Assembly: GCA_030390025.1 (NCBI GenBank)
Contig: CM059428.1
Coordinates: 74,524,001-74,588,000 of the forward strand
Source of the DNA: Squalus acanthias
Lineage: Eukaryota
Reading direction: 5' to 3'
Length of the DNA stretch: 64,000 bases
Shown piece by piece: positions 26,501 to 38,840 of this stretch; within the stretch, counting starts at the first letter, position 1, and each line of letters starts with the position of its first letter. Made by a program: the position numbers and the translations under genes. The notes beneath the pieces were generated by a model. That model was not told the origin of the DNA and made no database searches. It worked only from the letters and a program-made list of their open reading frames with translations.

Positions 26501-27024
26501 GTTGAAGTCGATGTAAGTCTTGGTGAACTAGGTTAGAGGGGAAAATTTCCCTGAGAGCTGGGAGAGTGCAATTATGAACTGGGGAGAAAGAAGGGAAGAG
26601 TGTCCTTGTGAATTGGTTGGTTTGGATGGGAAGTGTGCCTCTGTAAAGGGGAGAGAGAGGGAGAGGTTCTCTTTGAAGGAGTAGCGAGACTATTCAGGTT
26701 ACTTTTGAGGGAACTAATAGTCTTGTTTGTCTGTTGAATATGGATGAATCCAAATTTCATTTATTTGTCCTATTTTTTGTTTTAAATTAAAAATGTATCA
26801 GTTGTGAAGTTAAAAAAAATACTAAAACTAACCAGAATGCACCATTTCAATGAAAATTTCCATGGGATCATATGCACACCAGTGGGAAAAGGAGGGTTGT
26901 GTGCAGCATTTGGAAGGAGTTTGCAGAATTCAATATTTGCTACCTATACTTCCCTGAAAGATTGTATCTCTGCAGTTTCTGTGTTTATATACTGTGTAAT
27001 ATTGTAGATTCACACATTGTACCT

Positions 27025-27062
27025 TTACCTGACGAAGGGGCGACAGCTCCGAAAGCTTGTAA
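27025..27062 (+). ncRNA. Minimal type-I hammerhead ribozyme motif
   Basis: Stem I TTAC/GTAA, core CTGACGA plus A, stem II GGGGC-GACA-GCTCC, GAAA, loopless palindromic stem III within AAGCTT. Confidence 0.75.
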
Positions 27063-27325
27063 TTGTAAATAAATCTGTTGGACTATAACCTGGTGTTGTG
27101 CGACTTCTCATTTTTACCTATACCTTGACACACAGGCATCTGGAAAAAAAAAGGCACAGGGTTTGGCTGTAGGACCAAGCTAATTAGAACTATATTACAC
27201 TGTAAGTTATTACTTTGCATTGTCCTCCCATCAATGGCTTTGACAATCCAGAGTTTCTGGATCTGGATCAAGCCAATCACACCTAGTGCTACAGAGGGGC
27301 ACATCCAACAAACAACTCTGTATTG

Positions 27326-27907
27326 GCTCCCGGTCGCCTGTCACTTTAATTCACCGCTTCACTCCCACTCTGACCTCACCGTCCTCGGCCTATTACACTG
27401 TTCCACGGAAGCGCAGCGTAAGCTCGAGGAACAGCACCTCATCTTTCGTTTAGGCACGCTACAGCCCTCTGGACTCAATATCGAGTTCAACAATTTTAGA
27501 TCATAACCTCAGCTCCAATCACATTTATATTTTATTTTTTCCACCCTTTTATTTGCCCCCCCCCCACCTTTTTTTTTCCTCCTAGAAGCTGGCAGCTGTC
27601 CTTCATTCTGCCAGTGGATTTCACACTTCTTTCAGCCTTAATCTGTCACATTAACACCACCTCTAGCCTTGCATATCTCTTAATGTCTCTTCATCTCCCC
27701 CTTTCTTCCTTTATCCCCTCCCCCTTTTCCCAGCTTTACCCTGGCCTTAAATCTATTTGATTTCCGGCTCTTCCCAGTTCTGATGAAAGGTCATCGACCT
27801 GAAACGTTAACTCTCTTTCTCTCTCCACGGATGCTGCCTGGCCTGCTGAGTTTTTCCAGCGTTTTCTGTTGTTATTTTGGATTTCCAGCATCCGCAGTAT
27901 TTTGCTA
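27326..27907 (+). mobile_element. Penelope-like element 3' end: GIY-YIG C-terminus plus terminal repeat
   Basis: LPVACHFNSPLHSHSDL...RKLEEQHLIFRLGTLQPSGLNIEFNNF, pyrimidine-rich spacer, hammerhead-bearing block. Confidence 0.85.
27776..27812 (+). ncRNA. Minimal type-I hammerhead ribozyme motif
   Basis: Stem I AGTT/AACT, core CTGATGA plus A, stem II AGGTC-ATC-GACCT, GAAA, loopless palindromic stem III within AACGTT. Confidence 0.8.
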
Positions 27908-28153
27908 TCGTAACTCTGTATTGGCATTGGCCTGGGGTCCTGATTTAATGAAAGATATATTGCAGCTGATCAGGCACAAGAAAATTAAACATCTCCTCCA
28001 AAAATGTGAACACGGAAACTTCATAGACTTGATGTAATGAACCCATGGCTTCATCAATCAGCCAATGAATCCCATCAAAAGTTCTTATTCTTGCTGGTGC
28101 CACCATCCTCTATGATTAGAATCAGCAAATCACCGTAGGCAGATGTAGACATA

Positions 28154-28290
28154 GACTGTGAATTTCATCAGAGCTGCTCCTGCTCCACCGCTGTAGCTTC
28201 ATCAGAAGTGCAGCGGAAACCCCATTTATGCCACACTTCCAGCTAAATTACGGTGGCGGAGCGGGAGCAGCTCTCAGGAAATCCCTGGCC
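28154..28290. mobile_element. ~135-bp palindromic MITE
   Basis: AGAGCTGCTCCTGCTCC pairs with GGAGCGGGAGCAGCTCT; ATA on both flanks; relative at 43221-43355. Confidence 0.7.
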
Positions 28291-28956
28291 ATAATCGGAT
28301 AGTGATGGACAAATGCTTCAAAGTGGGGAGGTGACCAAGGGTTGGCTGAAGAGGTAAGTTTTGAGGAGGGTGTTGAAGGTGGATAAAGTTGCGACAAGGT
28401 GAATTCCAGAGTACAGGATCAGGATGGCTGGAGGCTCTGACACTTTTGGTGGAGCAGAGTCAGGGGGTCGTACAATAGTCCAAACTGGAAAGAGTTGAGG
28501 GTGCCATCTGAGACAGAGGGCTGGAACAGGTTTCACTTGGCCACTTGCACAAGATACTGGACGGTGACTTATGCCCTTGGAACCATACTGCAGCAAGAAT
28601 CAACACTTTTGGGAGAGGAGGATGGGAGAAACGGGATAAAAATTTGATGGGGGGAGAAAGAAAAGGAAGTATGATGGTTAATAATACTGACCAACACCAT
28701 GTCTGCTAGTAATCACTTAGGCTGTTGTTATCATATGCCTTCTCTCCTTCCTCCCCAGTGAGATATCTGTATACCTTTGCTTCAGAAATGTTTTTCTGTG
28801 TATTTCCTAATTTTATTGTGATCTGTAAGTTATTAATATCTGGTTAAGTCATGGTCCTCTTATGGTCACACGGCACTCACATATATGTATGTATGTTTTA
28901 CATATGCCAAAGATGATTTTCTTATAGCTTTCAGAGCTGGGATTGTTAAACTTAAC

Positions 28957-29664
28957 AGGGGAAAAATTGGGTTGATTTGCCCCTCTCGTTAGCGTCCCCG
29001 GGGGGCGCTAACGGGGCGTAAATCCCCTAGCGCCCAGGCGCGGCGCTGCTAACGCCTCCTACGAAATTCAGTGGGAGGTTAGCAGCGGCGGTAGCCGGTA
29101 GCGCCCCGAGGCGCTGCACCACCGGCGATTACATCATCGCCATGCACAGTGCCCCGCTTGCGCCCCGGCCGCAAACTTCCCTTGTGCCCCCTGACCTATT
29201 GCCGGACGATATGTCCAACAGGGTTGGGGGGCATTTTTGCAGCGGTGGCGGTGCTACTTAAAGGGCAGGTGTCGGGCACCCATTTTTTTTTGGCCGACTG
29301 CCAGCACCTGCCCCCTTCCGCTTTTTTTCTCGGGGTGCCGGCCGCGATCGCTCAGTCCGGCACTCCTCGAGTGCTCGGCACCCCGCTCCCGGGTAATCTA
29401 GCAGGGCCCTGGTGCGCACAGCACTAGGCCCCGCCCCTTTAATCAGGGGAGGGAGGCCTGCAATGACTTGGCACTATGTGTCGCCGCGCGTGGCGCTGTC
29501 AGCACGTAGCGCTGCGATCTTCAGTTGTAGCGCCCCAAGCAGGAGGTGGAGCACTTCCAGTAGTGCTCCACCTCCTGCTTGGGGCGCTACCACTGAATTT
29601 CCGGCTGAGGGGCGCTAATTTCGACGTTAGCACCCCAAAAGGGGCGCCACCCAATTTTCCCCCC
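28957..29664. mobile_element. Harbinger-type MITE
   Basis: TIRs AGGGGAAAAATTGGG / CCCAATTTTCCCCCC; AAC duplicated at 28954-28956 and 29665-29667. Confidence 0.8.
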
Positions 29665-30941
29665 AACTTTTCTTAACTCCGAGTTGACATTAATCTAAAT
29701 TTGCATGTGCTTGTTTTCAATTAAAAAGAACTGCAACTTCACAACAAATCTTAATATCTACCTTAAATGCAAGCACGCTAGAGAAAAAGTCCTAACAGGA
29801 ACTGCCTTTAAAGCTTTTCTCTTTGTGGGTTAATGTAAACGAGGTAATTACTGTTAACAGCAGGTGGAATGTTACAACAAAAAGGTCTCCTTCCTGAAAT
29901 GTCATCAATTCCCTTTCCAATGCAGATCACTGTGGGTGTAGATCTCCTGACAAAAAACAAAAGCTTATTTATCAATAAAATAGCTTGTTTACTGAGTAGG
30001 TACTATAAGAATGAATGGGAACAATTTACACAAGATCAAACCTGCACATAAATTGACGTTATCTGACATGTCCTGAACTGAAATAACTTGTTCTTCTGTT
30101 TCCAATGTTGGCATTGAATCACCTCCTAAAAACTAGTAATACTTCACACTTGCTTTCACTTCAGAGTTAAAGCTACTTCATACTGATGCTTGTTTAGGTA
30201 TGATTCTGGGAGATTGACATCCATGAGCCAGCTCCCCTCATTTATATCACAAATTCCAGTAATCTTTATCCCACTGTACACCCAGTTTCATAGGTCTTTG
30301 ATTCTGTCACAGGGAAAGATTTTGGCAGCCAATTTTTGAACATTAGTTGTGCAGTGATAATGAAGTTCTCCACTGATTGCGAGGCTGGCTGGCTCCCGGC
30401 GGGTGGGCCTGCGGCACTAGGCTGCATAGAGGAGGGAGGGAGGGATCGCGTGGGGGCCAGGGGTGGGGGCGGCCGGAAGAACAGGGGAGGGTGGGAGGGC
30501 AGGGGATCGGATCGCGAACATTGCGAGCCAGGGAGCAATGAGAAAAGCAGGAGGGAACAGACTGCGAAGATGGTGGGGAGCGGCCAAAAAAGCAGCGGTA
30601 GGGGTCCGAAGAAGATTAGGGGCAGGAGAGTGGCCGGAGAAGCAAGGGGAGGGGGTGTGTGTCAGCAAAGATCAGGGGCCAGAGGAGCAGGGGGGAGGCC
30701 TCATGGTGAGGATCAGAGGCCTGAGGGGGGTATTGGTAGCCTGGGGGGGGGGGGGGGGATTGGCGGTCTCATGGGGGGGTCTCTGATTGCGGTGGGTGGG
30801 TTCGGCAGGGACCCTGGATCCAGGGTTAAGTGTAAAGGCACTTAGCTCCTGGATCCAGCAGTCCTCGCCTTGCTTTAGCTGGCGGGTTTCACGAGGCCTG
30901 CAAAACCCGACCAGCTAAAGTTAAATACAAAATGGTGGTTA

Positions 30942-31328
30942 AAGAACATAAGAACATAACATAAGAAATAGGAGCAGGAGTAGGCCATTTGGCCCCTCGA
31001 GACTGCTCCACCATTCAATAAGATCATGGCTGATCTTCTACCTCAACTCCACTTTCCTGCACTATCCCCATATCCCTTGATTCCCTTAATATCCAAAAAT
31101 CTATCGATCTCTGTCTTGAATATACTCAACGACTGAGCCTCCACAGCCTTCTGAGTTGAGAATTCCAAAGATTCACCACCCTCTGATTGAAGAACTTTCT
31201 CCTCATCTCAGTCCTAAATGGCTGACCCCTTATTCTGAGACTGTGACCCCTGGTTCTAGACTCCGCAGCCAGGGGAGAAACATCCTCCCTGCATCTACCC
31301 TGTCAAGTCCTGTAAGAATTTTGTATGA
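30942..31328 (-). mobile_element. CR1 3' fragment inserted in a GC-rich MITE-like element (~30340-31538)
   Basis: Reverse tail AAGAACATAAGAACATAA; body matches 6930-7270; host ends GGTTAAAACTCCCCCC. Confidence 0.8.
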
Positions 31329-31538
31329 ATTATAACAACTTCCAGCCTCTTAATAATATTTAAATAGATGACCCGCCTCCTGGCAGCGGATTGGCTGCCT
31401 GCCCCGGATCCCACCTCCTTTAAAACCGCAAGTGGGCGGGTTGGTGGCAGGTTCAGGTCGGGATTCAGATTTTTAACACTTTAACTATCCACACCCCACC
31501 CCCAAACCCACCTGTTTTTTTAGGTTAAAACTCCCCCC

Positions 31539-32345
31539 ATGGTCTTCGGTCCCCACCACAAACTCTGCTCCCTAGCCACCGACTCTATCCCTCTCCCTGG
31601 CAACTGTCTGAGGCTGAACCAGACTGTTTGCAATCTTGGTGTCATATTTGGACCCGAAATGAGCTTCCGACCACATATCTGTGCCATCACTAAGACCACC
31701 TTCCACCTCCGGAACATCGCCCGACTCCACCTCTGCCTCAGCACATCTGCTGCTGAAACCCTCATCCATGCCTCTGTTACCTCTAGACTTGACTATTCCA
31801 ACGCACTCCTGGCTGGCCTCCCACGTTCTACCCTCCGTAAACTTGAGGTCATCCAAAACTCGGCTGCTCGTGTCCTAACTCGCACCAAGTGCCGTTCACC
31901 CATCACCCATGTGCTTGTTGACCTTAACTGGCTTCTGGTTAAGCAACACCTCGATATTAAAATTCTCATCCTTGTTTTCAAATCCCTCCATGGCCTCGCC
32001 CCTCCTTATCTCTGTAATCTCCTTCAGCCCCACAACCCTCCGAGATATCTGCGCTCCTCTAATTCTGGCCTCTTGAGCATCCCTGATTATAATCACTCCA
32101 CCATTGGTGGCCGTGCCTTCAGCTGCCAAGGCCCTAAGCTCTGGAATTCCCTTTCTAAACCTCTCCAACTGTCTATCTCTCTTTCCTCCTTTAAGATGCT
32201 CCTTAAAACTTACCTCTCTGCTCTAGTATCTCCTTATGTGACTCGGTGTTATATTTTGTTCGATAACGCTCCTGTGAACTGCCTTGGGATGTTTTACTAC
32301 ATTAAATGCGCTATATAAATACAAGTTGTTGTTGTTGTTGTTATT
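31539..32345 (+). mobile_element. L2 LINE 3' fragment
   Basis: ORF 31539-32318 is highly similar to the L2 at 1-1297; (TTG)n tail. Confidence 0.9.
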
Positions 32346-33586
32346 GTATCGATTCAACGTCTGTTTCTGTGAAGCACCTTGGGATAATTTTCTGTATTAT
32401 AGGTTCTATATCAATGCAAGTTGTTGCTGTGGGTGGTTCATTTTAATTTCACTAAAATGTACTCCTGAAATTTAGCGACTCTTTCAGATGGAGGGGGAAA
32501 TTAAATCTGTAATATCATCAAAATAAATGTTCCGATTTTAAAGTCTGTTACTAAAGTGGCTCAATCAATATTAGATTTGAAGCATGATCCATTCAGTCAA
32601 TTAAAAAAAGCCTGAAGTTAAAATCTCTGCACTGCCATAACAGAAATTAGCATGGAAACCTGATGTCAGATTAACTTATTAATAGGAATTCTAGGGTAGA
32701 TTTTACAAGTTTGAGCTTCCAACACAGAGCTTTGTGCATTGGGAACGCATAAAGGGAATCCAGGTACAGATGTCAATGAACCTCTCAGATTGTCCTTCCA
32801 TCTTATTCAACCCCAACCAAACGCACCATACCATTGCCACCAACTCCATCCGCCTTGCTGGTTTCTTGCTCAAGCTGAACAGTGCAGAATAATGTCCTGC
32901 TTAACCCAGATCTGGGCTTCAAACCGCATTGGGGGATTTTAAATGCAACTGGGTTTCTGGTGGTAAACCACTGGTTTTATTAAGATTCTAGCCTGCCCGC
33001 GCCAGAATGAGGCCACAGCGATTTTAATCATATGGCTTCATTAACATGCCGCCAGCTTCCTTCCCACCGGAACGGGCAGGAGGTGAGTGGGAGGCGGCTG
33101 CTGGACTGTGGAAATTTGGGCAGCTGACACTCAGGTAAGTGCTTCCCCGCTCAGATCGGTGTTAAAATGGCAGTCAGGGCCCAATGACATCATTGGACCC
33201 CAATCTGCATATTTAAAGAAGGACCCCACAGGTTTCAGATGGCTGCCTTTGCTGCCTGCTCAGGCGCAGGCAGGTTAAAATTGAAGATGGTGGTAGGACA
33301 TCGGTGAGTAAGTCGCCCAGTCAATTTTACTGCCTACCTGCCTGGTTTGCACCAGGTGGGTAGGGTTATAATTGACCGCCATATCTTACCCATCTCCAAG
33401 CTGCCTACTTTCACCTCCACCTCCACAACAAGACCTACCTCTGCCACTATCTCATTCCACCGCCACCAAAATCCTTATCCATGCTTACGTATAACTTCTC
33501 CAATGCCATGCCTATCAACTACCCATGTATTAGTAATGTACATGCTTAATCAATTTTATCAGTGCATTTCACTCTTGTGTTATGTG

Positions 33587-34295
33587 GTGGTAGAGTTTCT
33601 GCTCGATTGCGATGGTTTATTCAGTGCAATTCGCCCGAATAACCCGCGCAAAAGGTCGCAGAATTTTAAGTGCAAATTACGTTCATCACAAATTGAGTTT
33701 CCGCGATCTATTGCGTTAGTTTAAATAACATCGCGCTAGAATCCGGCCCCACCACAAAACTGGCCATGCCCCCAGATCGAATTAATCACCATTAGGAGCT
33801 TCCGCTTATTGCGTTCATTTGCGGGCTTCAAGAAGTCTCTAAAAATTAAGCTGGTTATTTGGGCGCAAGGACAATATTATGAACGTTTTAAAAGCTTTTG
33901 AATGTAATTATTTTTAATTTACTAAGAGACTGACTACTGTACCCCAATATAACTAGCAAATGGTTCTGTATATTTTTTAAAAGTCATCTTTAGTAATTTA
34001 ATATCGCGTTACTCACAGGTGGTGGATTGATACTGTGATGAAAAATGCTTATTTTTTGTGATAAACCGATTTTCTGCTGTATTAATCAAACTGCATCAAG
34101 TTACCACTCTTAAATATATCAAGGGATATTTTTAAAAGCAAATAGATTTTAAAACGCCTGCCTGATTGCGCTGGTTCATGGCAGAGTTTGCATTCAGTGA
34201 TATGCAGATGAGTTTGAGCTGAAACTCAAGAAAAGAAACACTTCTCCAAACAAGCACAATTTTGCCGATTGCGCCCAAAGTGAAAACTCTACCCC
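33587..34295. mobile_element. MITE with GGGGTAGAGTTT-type termini
   Basis: GTGGTAGAGTTT / AAACTCTACCCC; flanks GTG and TTG. Confidence 0.65.
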
Positions 34296-35696
34296 TTGAA
34301 CTTCTCCATGCTGGTTTGCATGTATTGCGATTAGGTTCTCCCGTTGCTGAAGGAGTAACACTGGTGGATGATTGCGTAGCGAGCTAGTGAACTGCGTGGG
34401 ACACAGGCGGCCTGATATTTGCCTCTGCGTGTAACCCTGATGTACCTGCGTCAATACAAAAGGTCTTCTTTGCTGGAGTCACTATGGGGTCATTGCATTC
34501 AGATGTGGTGCCGACTATCATTTGTGTTGGGCTACATGTCTGCCGTTGATATAAGTGGCAATTGGCTGCTCCACTGCTGCAGAATATCGTCTCCAAGGCT
34601 CACAGATCTGTCTGAACATACAGCCGTTGGTACATATGAGGTCTTGATATATTTCCCTCACAGTTACCTGAAACCATTCTGTAATCAAGTTCCAGCTGCC
34701 ATGCCTACTTCTTGGAATTTGAATTTCAAAGCCTGTACAGCAGCAGTGAAACAATTAATGAAAATGCTGCTATGGTACCTACCAATGGCTGTGCAATTCA
34801 GGATGAAATGTTCAGTAGCAGAATTTAGGACAAACATTGCCCCATGAAATCATCAATGTGGAGGTAACAATGCACATCTGAGCATTGGAGTTCTCCAATC
34901 TACCTAGGCCACCTTGCACTGTCATGCAATATGGTCCGAGTGCTTCTACTGCAGTGTTTCTATCTCTGCTGGTGTCTGATGTTATTGGGGATGGCAATGG
35001 TTGGTGCTTTTCAGGTTCAGCTGGGGGATTAATAATTCTCCTTGCTCTGTAAAGAGAACAGATGGTACATTATAGGGTAGTTTTTACAAATTTGCACTCC
35101 CAGTGTGGAGCTTAACCCACCGGGTGTGTATTTCTGGAATCTGGACACAGAGGTCAGCAGGCCGATCCATTAATTCATAAAATCTATCCTCGTGAGTAAG
35201 GAAGCACAGTTAACTATTTAGGTGTGTACTGTCATAACAAGAACTATTATGGACAATTATTGATCGTATACATGTTGATGTAACATATTGTGCCGATCAT
35301 AGAATATTTGAATAACATGGTACATACCAGGAATTCTAAGCTCTTCCCAGAGACTGCAGAGCCTTCCAAGCTCTCTATCGTGAATAACTCAATTACTCTT
35401 TCCTCATATGTTGTTAGTACATCCATGTTATACTATCCACCACCTGTTCACACTGCACCCTTGTACATTCACGTTTACCTTTGAACAGAACAGCAACAGT
35501 GATTGAGACAGAATAATTTGATACATCGAAATTCCTTCCTGTAACATTTCTTTCACTCTGTGGCATGTACGATTTAACTGGCATAGCCCTATTATTTTGA
35601 CCTAAGATCTTATTGCTACATTCTTACTAACATTTGTGCCTGCTAATACTGCTTTAACAACTGCTACTTTCCTACTGTAAATATATATATGCGACA

Positions 35697-36342
35697 CTTG
35701 CTCACCAATAATCTGCTCATCAATGTTTAGTTTGGGTTCTGCCAGGACCACCCGGCTCCAGACCTCTTTGCAGCTTTGGTCCAAACATGAACAAAAGAGC
35801 TGAATTCCAGAGGTGAGGTGATAGTGACTGCTCTTGACATCAAGGCAGCATTTGACCGATTGTGGCATCAAGGAGCCCTAGTAAAACTGAGGTCAATGGA
35901 AATCGGGGGAAAAACTCTCCACTGGCTGGAGTCATACATAGCACAAAGGAAGATGGTTGTGATTGTTGGAGGCCAACCATCTCAGCCCCAGGTCAGCACT
36001 GCAGGATTTCGTCAGGGCAGTGTCCTAGGCCCAACCTGCTTCATCAGTGACCTTCCCTCCATCATAGGGTTAGAAGTGGGGATGTTCGCTGGTAATTGCG
36101 CAGTGTTCAGTTTCAGTCGCAATTCCTCAAGTAATGAAGCAGTCCTGTGCAGCAAGACATGGACAACGTTCAAGCTTGGGTTGATAAGTGACAAGTAACA
36201 TTCACGCCTCACAAGTGCCAGCCCATGGCCATCTCCAACAAGAGAGAGTCTAATCACCTCCCCTTGACATTCAATGGCATTACCTTCATCAAACCCCCAC
36301 CATCAACATCCTGGGGGGGTCACCATTGACCAGAAACTTAAC
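35697..36342 (+). mobile_element. CR1-group LINE (third family), RT fragment
   Basis: ALDIKAAFDRLWHQG...LHWLESY...QGSVLGPT; 3' part matches 21580-21725. Confidence 0.85.
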
Positions 36343-36344
36343 AG

Positions 36345-36798
36345 TTTGGTCAAAGAGATAGGTTTTACGGAGCGTCTTAAAGGAGGAAAGAGAGGTAGCG
36401 AGGTGGAGAGGTTTAGACAGGGAATTCCAGAGCTTAGGGCCTAGGCAACAGGAACATTATTATAGATCCATCATTATTGGCTGAGCACAGGGGTGATGGG
36501 TGAACGGGACTTGGTGCGAGTTAGGACACGGGCAGCCAAGTTTTGGATCACCTCAAGTTTACGTAGTAAAACATCCCAATGCACTTCACAGGAGTATTAT
36601 AAGACAAATAATTTGACACCGAACCACATAAGGCGAAATTAGGGTAGGTGACCAAAAGCTTGGCCAAAGAGCTAGGTTTTAAGGAGCTTCTTAAAGGAGG
36701 AAAGAGAGGTAGCGAGGTGGAGAGGTTTAGGGAGGGAATTCCAGAGCTTAGGGCCTAGGCAACAGGAACATTATTATAGATCCATCATTATTGGCTGA
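36345..36798 (-). mobile_element. Rearranged L2 3' fragments
   Basis: Reverse-complement L2 pieces out of order, with an internal duplication. Confidence 0.75.
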
Positions 36799-38840
36799 TA
36801 TTTTTACATTACCTCAGATGAAAACACATTCTGAGGAATCAATCACATATTTCAAATGTGTTTTGGCGGATGGGTCAGAAATCAGAAATCAAAATGACCA
36901 TGTCTCTCATTTTGTTTTCAAACAAACAAAAGGTATGACCGTTGAAATCTATTGCAATAGCATTCCATCGTAGAATGACCTAAATTTCCTTCAAACACAA
37001 TTTTTAGGGAATTTCTAGCTATTTTAACAATAAATTCACTGTTGCTTACATGCAGATAATATGTCTTATATAAAATGATTTGGTTTTAAAGAGATCCTGT
37101 ATTAAGGTTGATGAGGGAAAACAATTCCACAGCCACACATTATTTTTATCAGAATGATGCCAGGTGCAACAATGCAATGATGTTTGACTATTTTGAATTG
37201 CATGAAAAAATTGTCTTTTAAACATAAATGCAGTTTTTCTTTGGTTGCAATATGCTGACATATGTAACATTCATAGTATACAGCATATATGTTCTTTACA
37301 TGGTACGGTGTGATTTTGTTTATTCATTCTTGGGATAGCAAGTTAGACCCTACAAAGTAGCATGTGGCCAAAATAAGATCTGAAATGTCACATGTTTTAA
37401 TTCAAACAAAGCTAACTTTGAATTAACGAACAAAACAAATTGACTAATTGAAATAATTGATGGGGGAAATTATTAGATAGTAAATCTATGGAACAACAGT
37501 GGAATCTATACAAACAGTTATTAAAACAAGTATATACCCATGAAAGGTGAAAGAAGTACTTCTAGATCATGCAACTACAGTTTGTGAGGGTGATTAGGAT
37601 CTATATTAAACAAAAGAAGGCTTATGTAAGGGTGAAGAATTGTGGCAAGAATAAGGATGGGGTGGATTTAAAAAAGAAATTAAAAGCCAAAAAAAATGAG
37701 GACAAAGATGGAATATGAAAAAAGTCTTGCAGGTGGTATCGAATGTAATTGGAACATTTTTTGTAAGTACATCAAGAAAAAGTAAGGGTAAAGGAGGAGG
37801 TGGGCCCTTTAAAGACAAATTTATGTATGACAATAATAGCTAACCGGGTCCTACTGGAACTACTAAATAAATATTTTGCTTCATTCTTCACAGCAGAGAA
37901 CAAAACTATCATGCCAGAGGTAAGGGGAAAACTAGAGATTAGTGAAGGGGAGAAATTCACAGACATTCAGTATAAAAAAACTGTAATGGATAAAATAATG
38001 GGATTGGATTCAGATGTATCTATGTTGGCTCATCCAGCCCTATAATGCCCCCTCCATTCCTGACTCTGGCCTGTTGCGACACCCCACCACAGCTGCTATG
38101 CTTTCAGCCACCTCGGCCTACTCTGGAATTCCCTTCCAAAACCCTTCCACCTCTTCATCTCCCTCTCCTCCATTAACAACAACTTGCATTTAAGAGATTG
38201 TAAGACCTTCCTTAAAACCCAACTCTTTGATCAAGCCTTTAGTTAGTGCCTCCTAATATCTCCTTCTTTGGCTTGGCACCATTTTTTTATTATGCTTCTG
38301 TGAAGCGCTTTGGGACATTTTCCTACATTAACGGTGCTATATAAATGCAAGTTGATATTGCTGTAATTATATCTCTAAGCCCAAGTGGCTTCTACCATGG
38401 GTATTAAAATAAATAGGTGAGGAAATCTGGGTTATATTAGTTATAGTCTTCCGAACCTCAGGAAAGATATATTGGCCCTGGAGCAGGAACAACACAGATT
38501 CACCAGAATTATACCAGGGCTTTAGAAGTTAAATTATGAGGACAGGTTACAAAACTTGGGTTGTATTCCCTTGAGTTTAGAAGGTTGAGATGCGATCTAA
38601 TCAAGGTGTTTAAAATGATAAAAGGATTTGATCAGGTAGATAAGAACATAAGAACATAAGAAATAGGAGCAGGAGTAGGCCAATCGGCCCTTCGAGCCTG
38701 CTCCGCCATTCAATAAGATCATGGCTGATCTGATCCTCACCTCAAATCTAAAGAACACAAGAAGTAGGAGCAGGACCCGGCCACTCAGCCCCTGGGCCCG
38801 CTATGCCACCCACAGGGCCTCGACCGATCCGAACTCAGCC

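Noticed and set aside
30266-30845. Gly/Arg-rich ORFs up to 169 aa
   Set aside because: Low-complexity GC-rich interior of a MITE-like repeat with no recognisable domain
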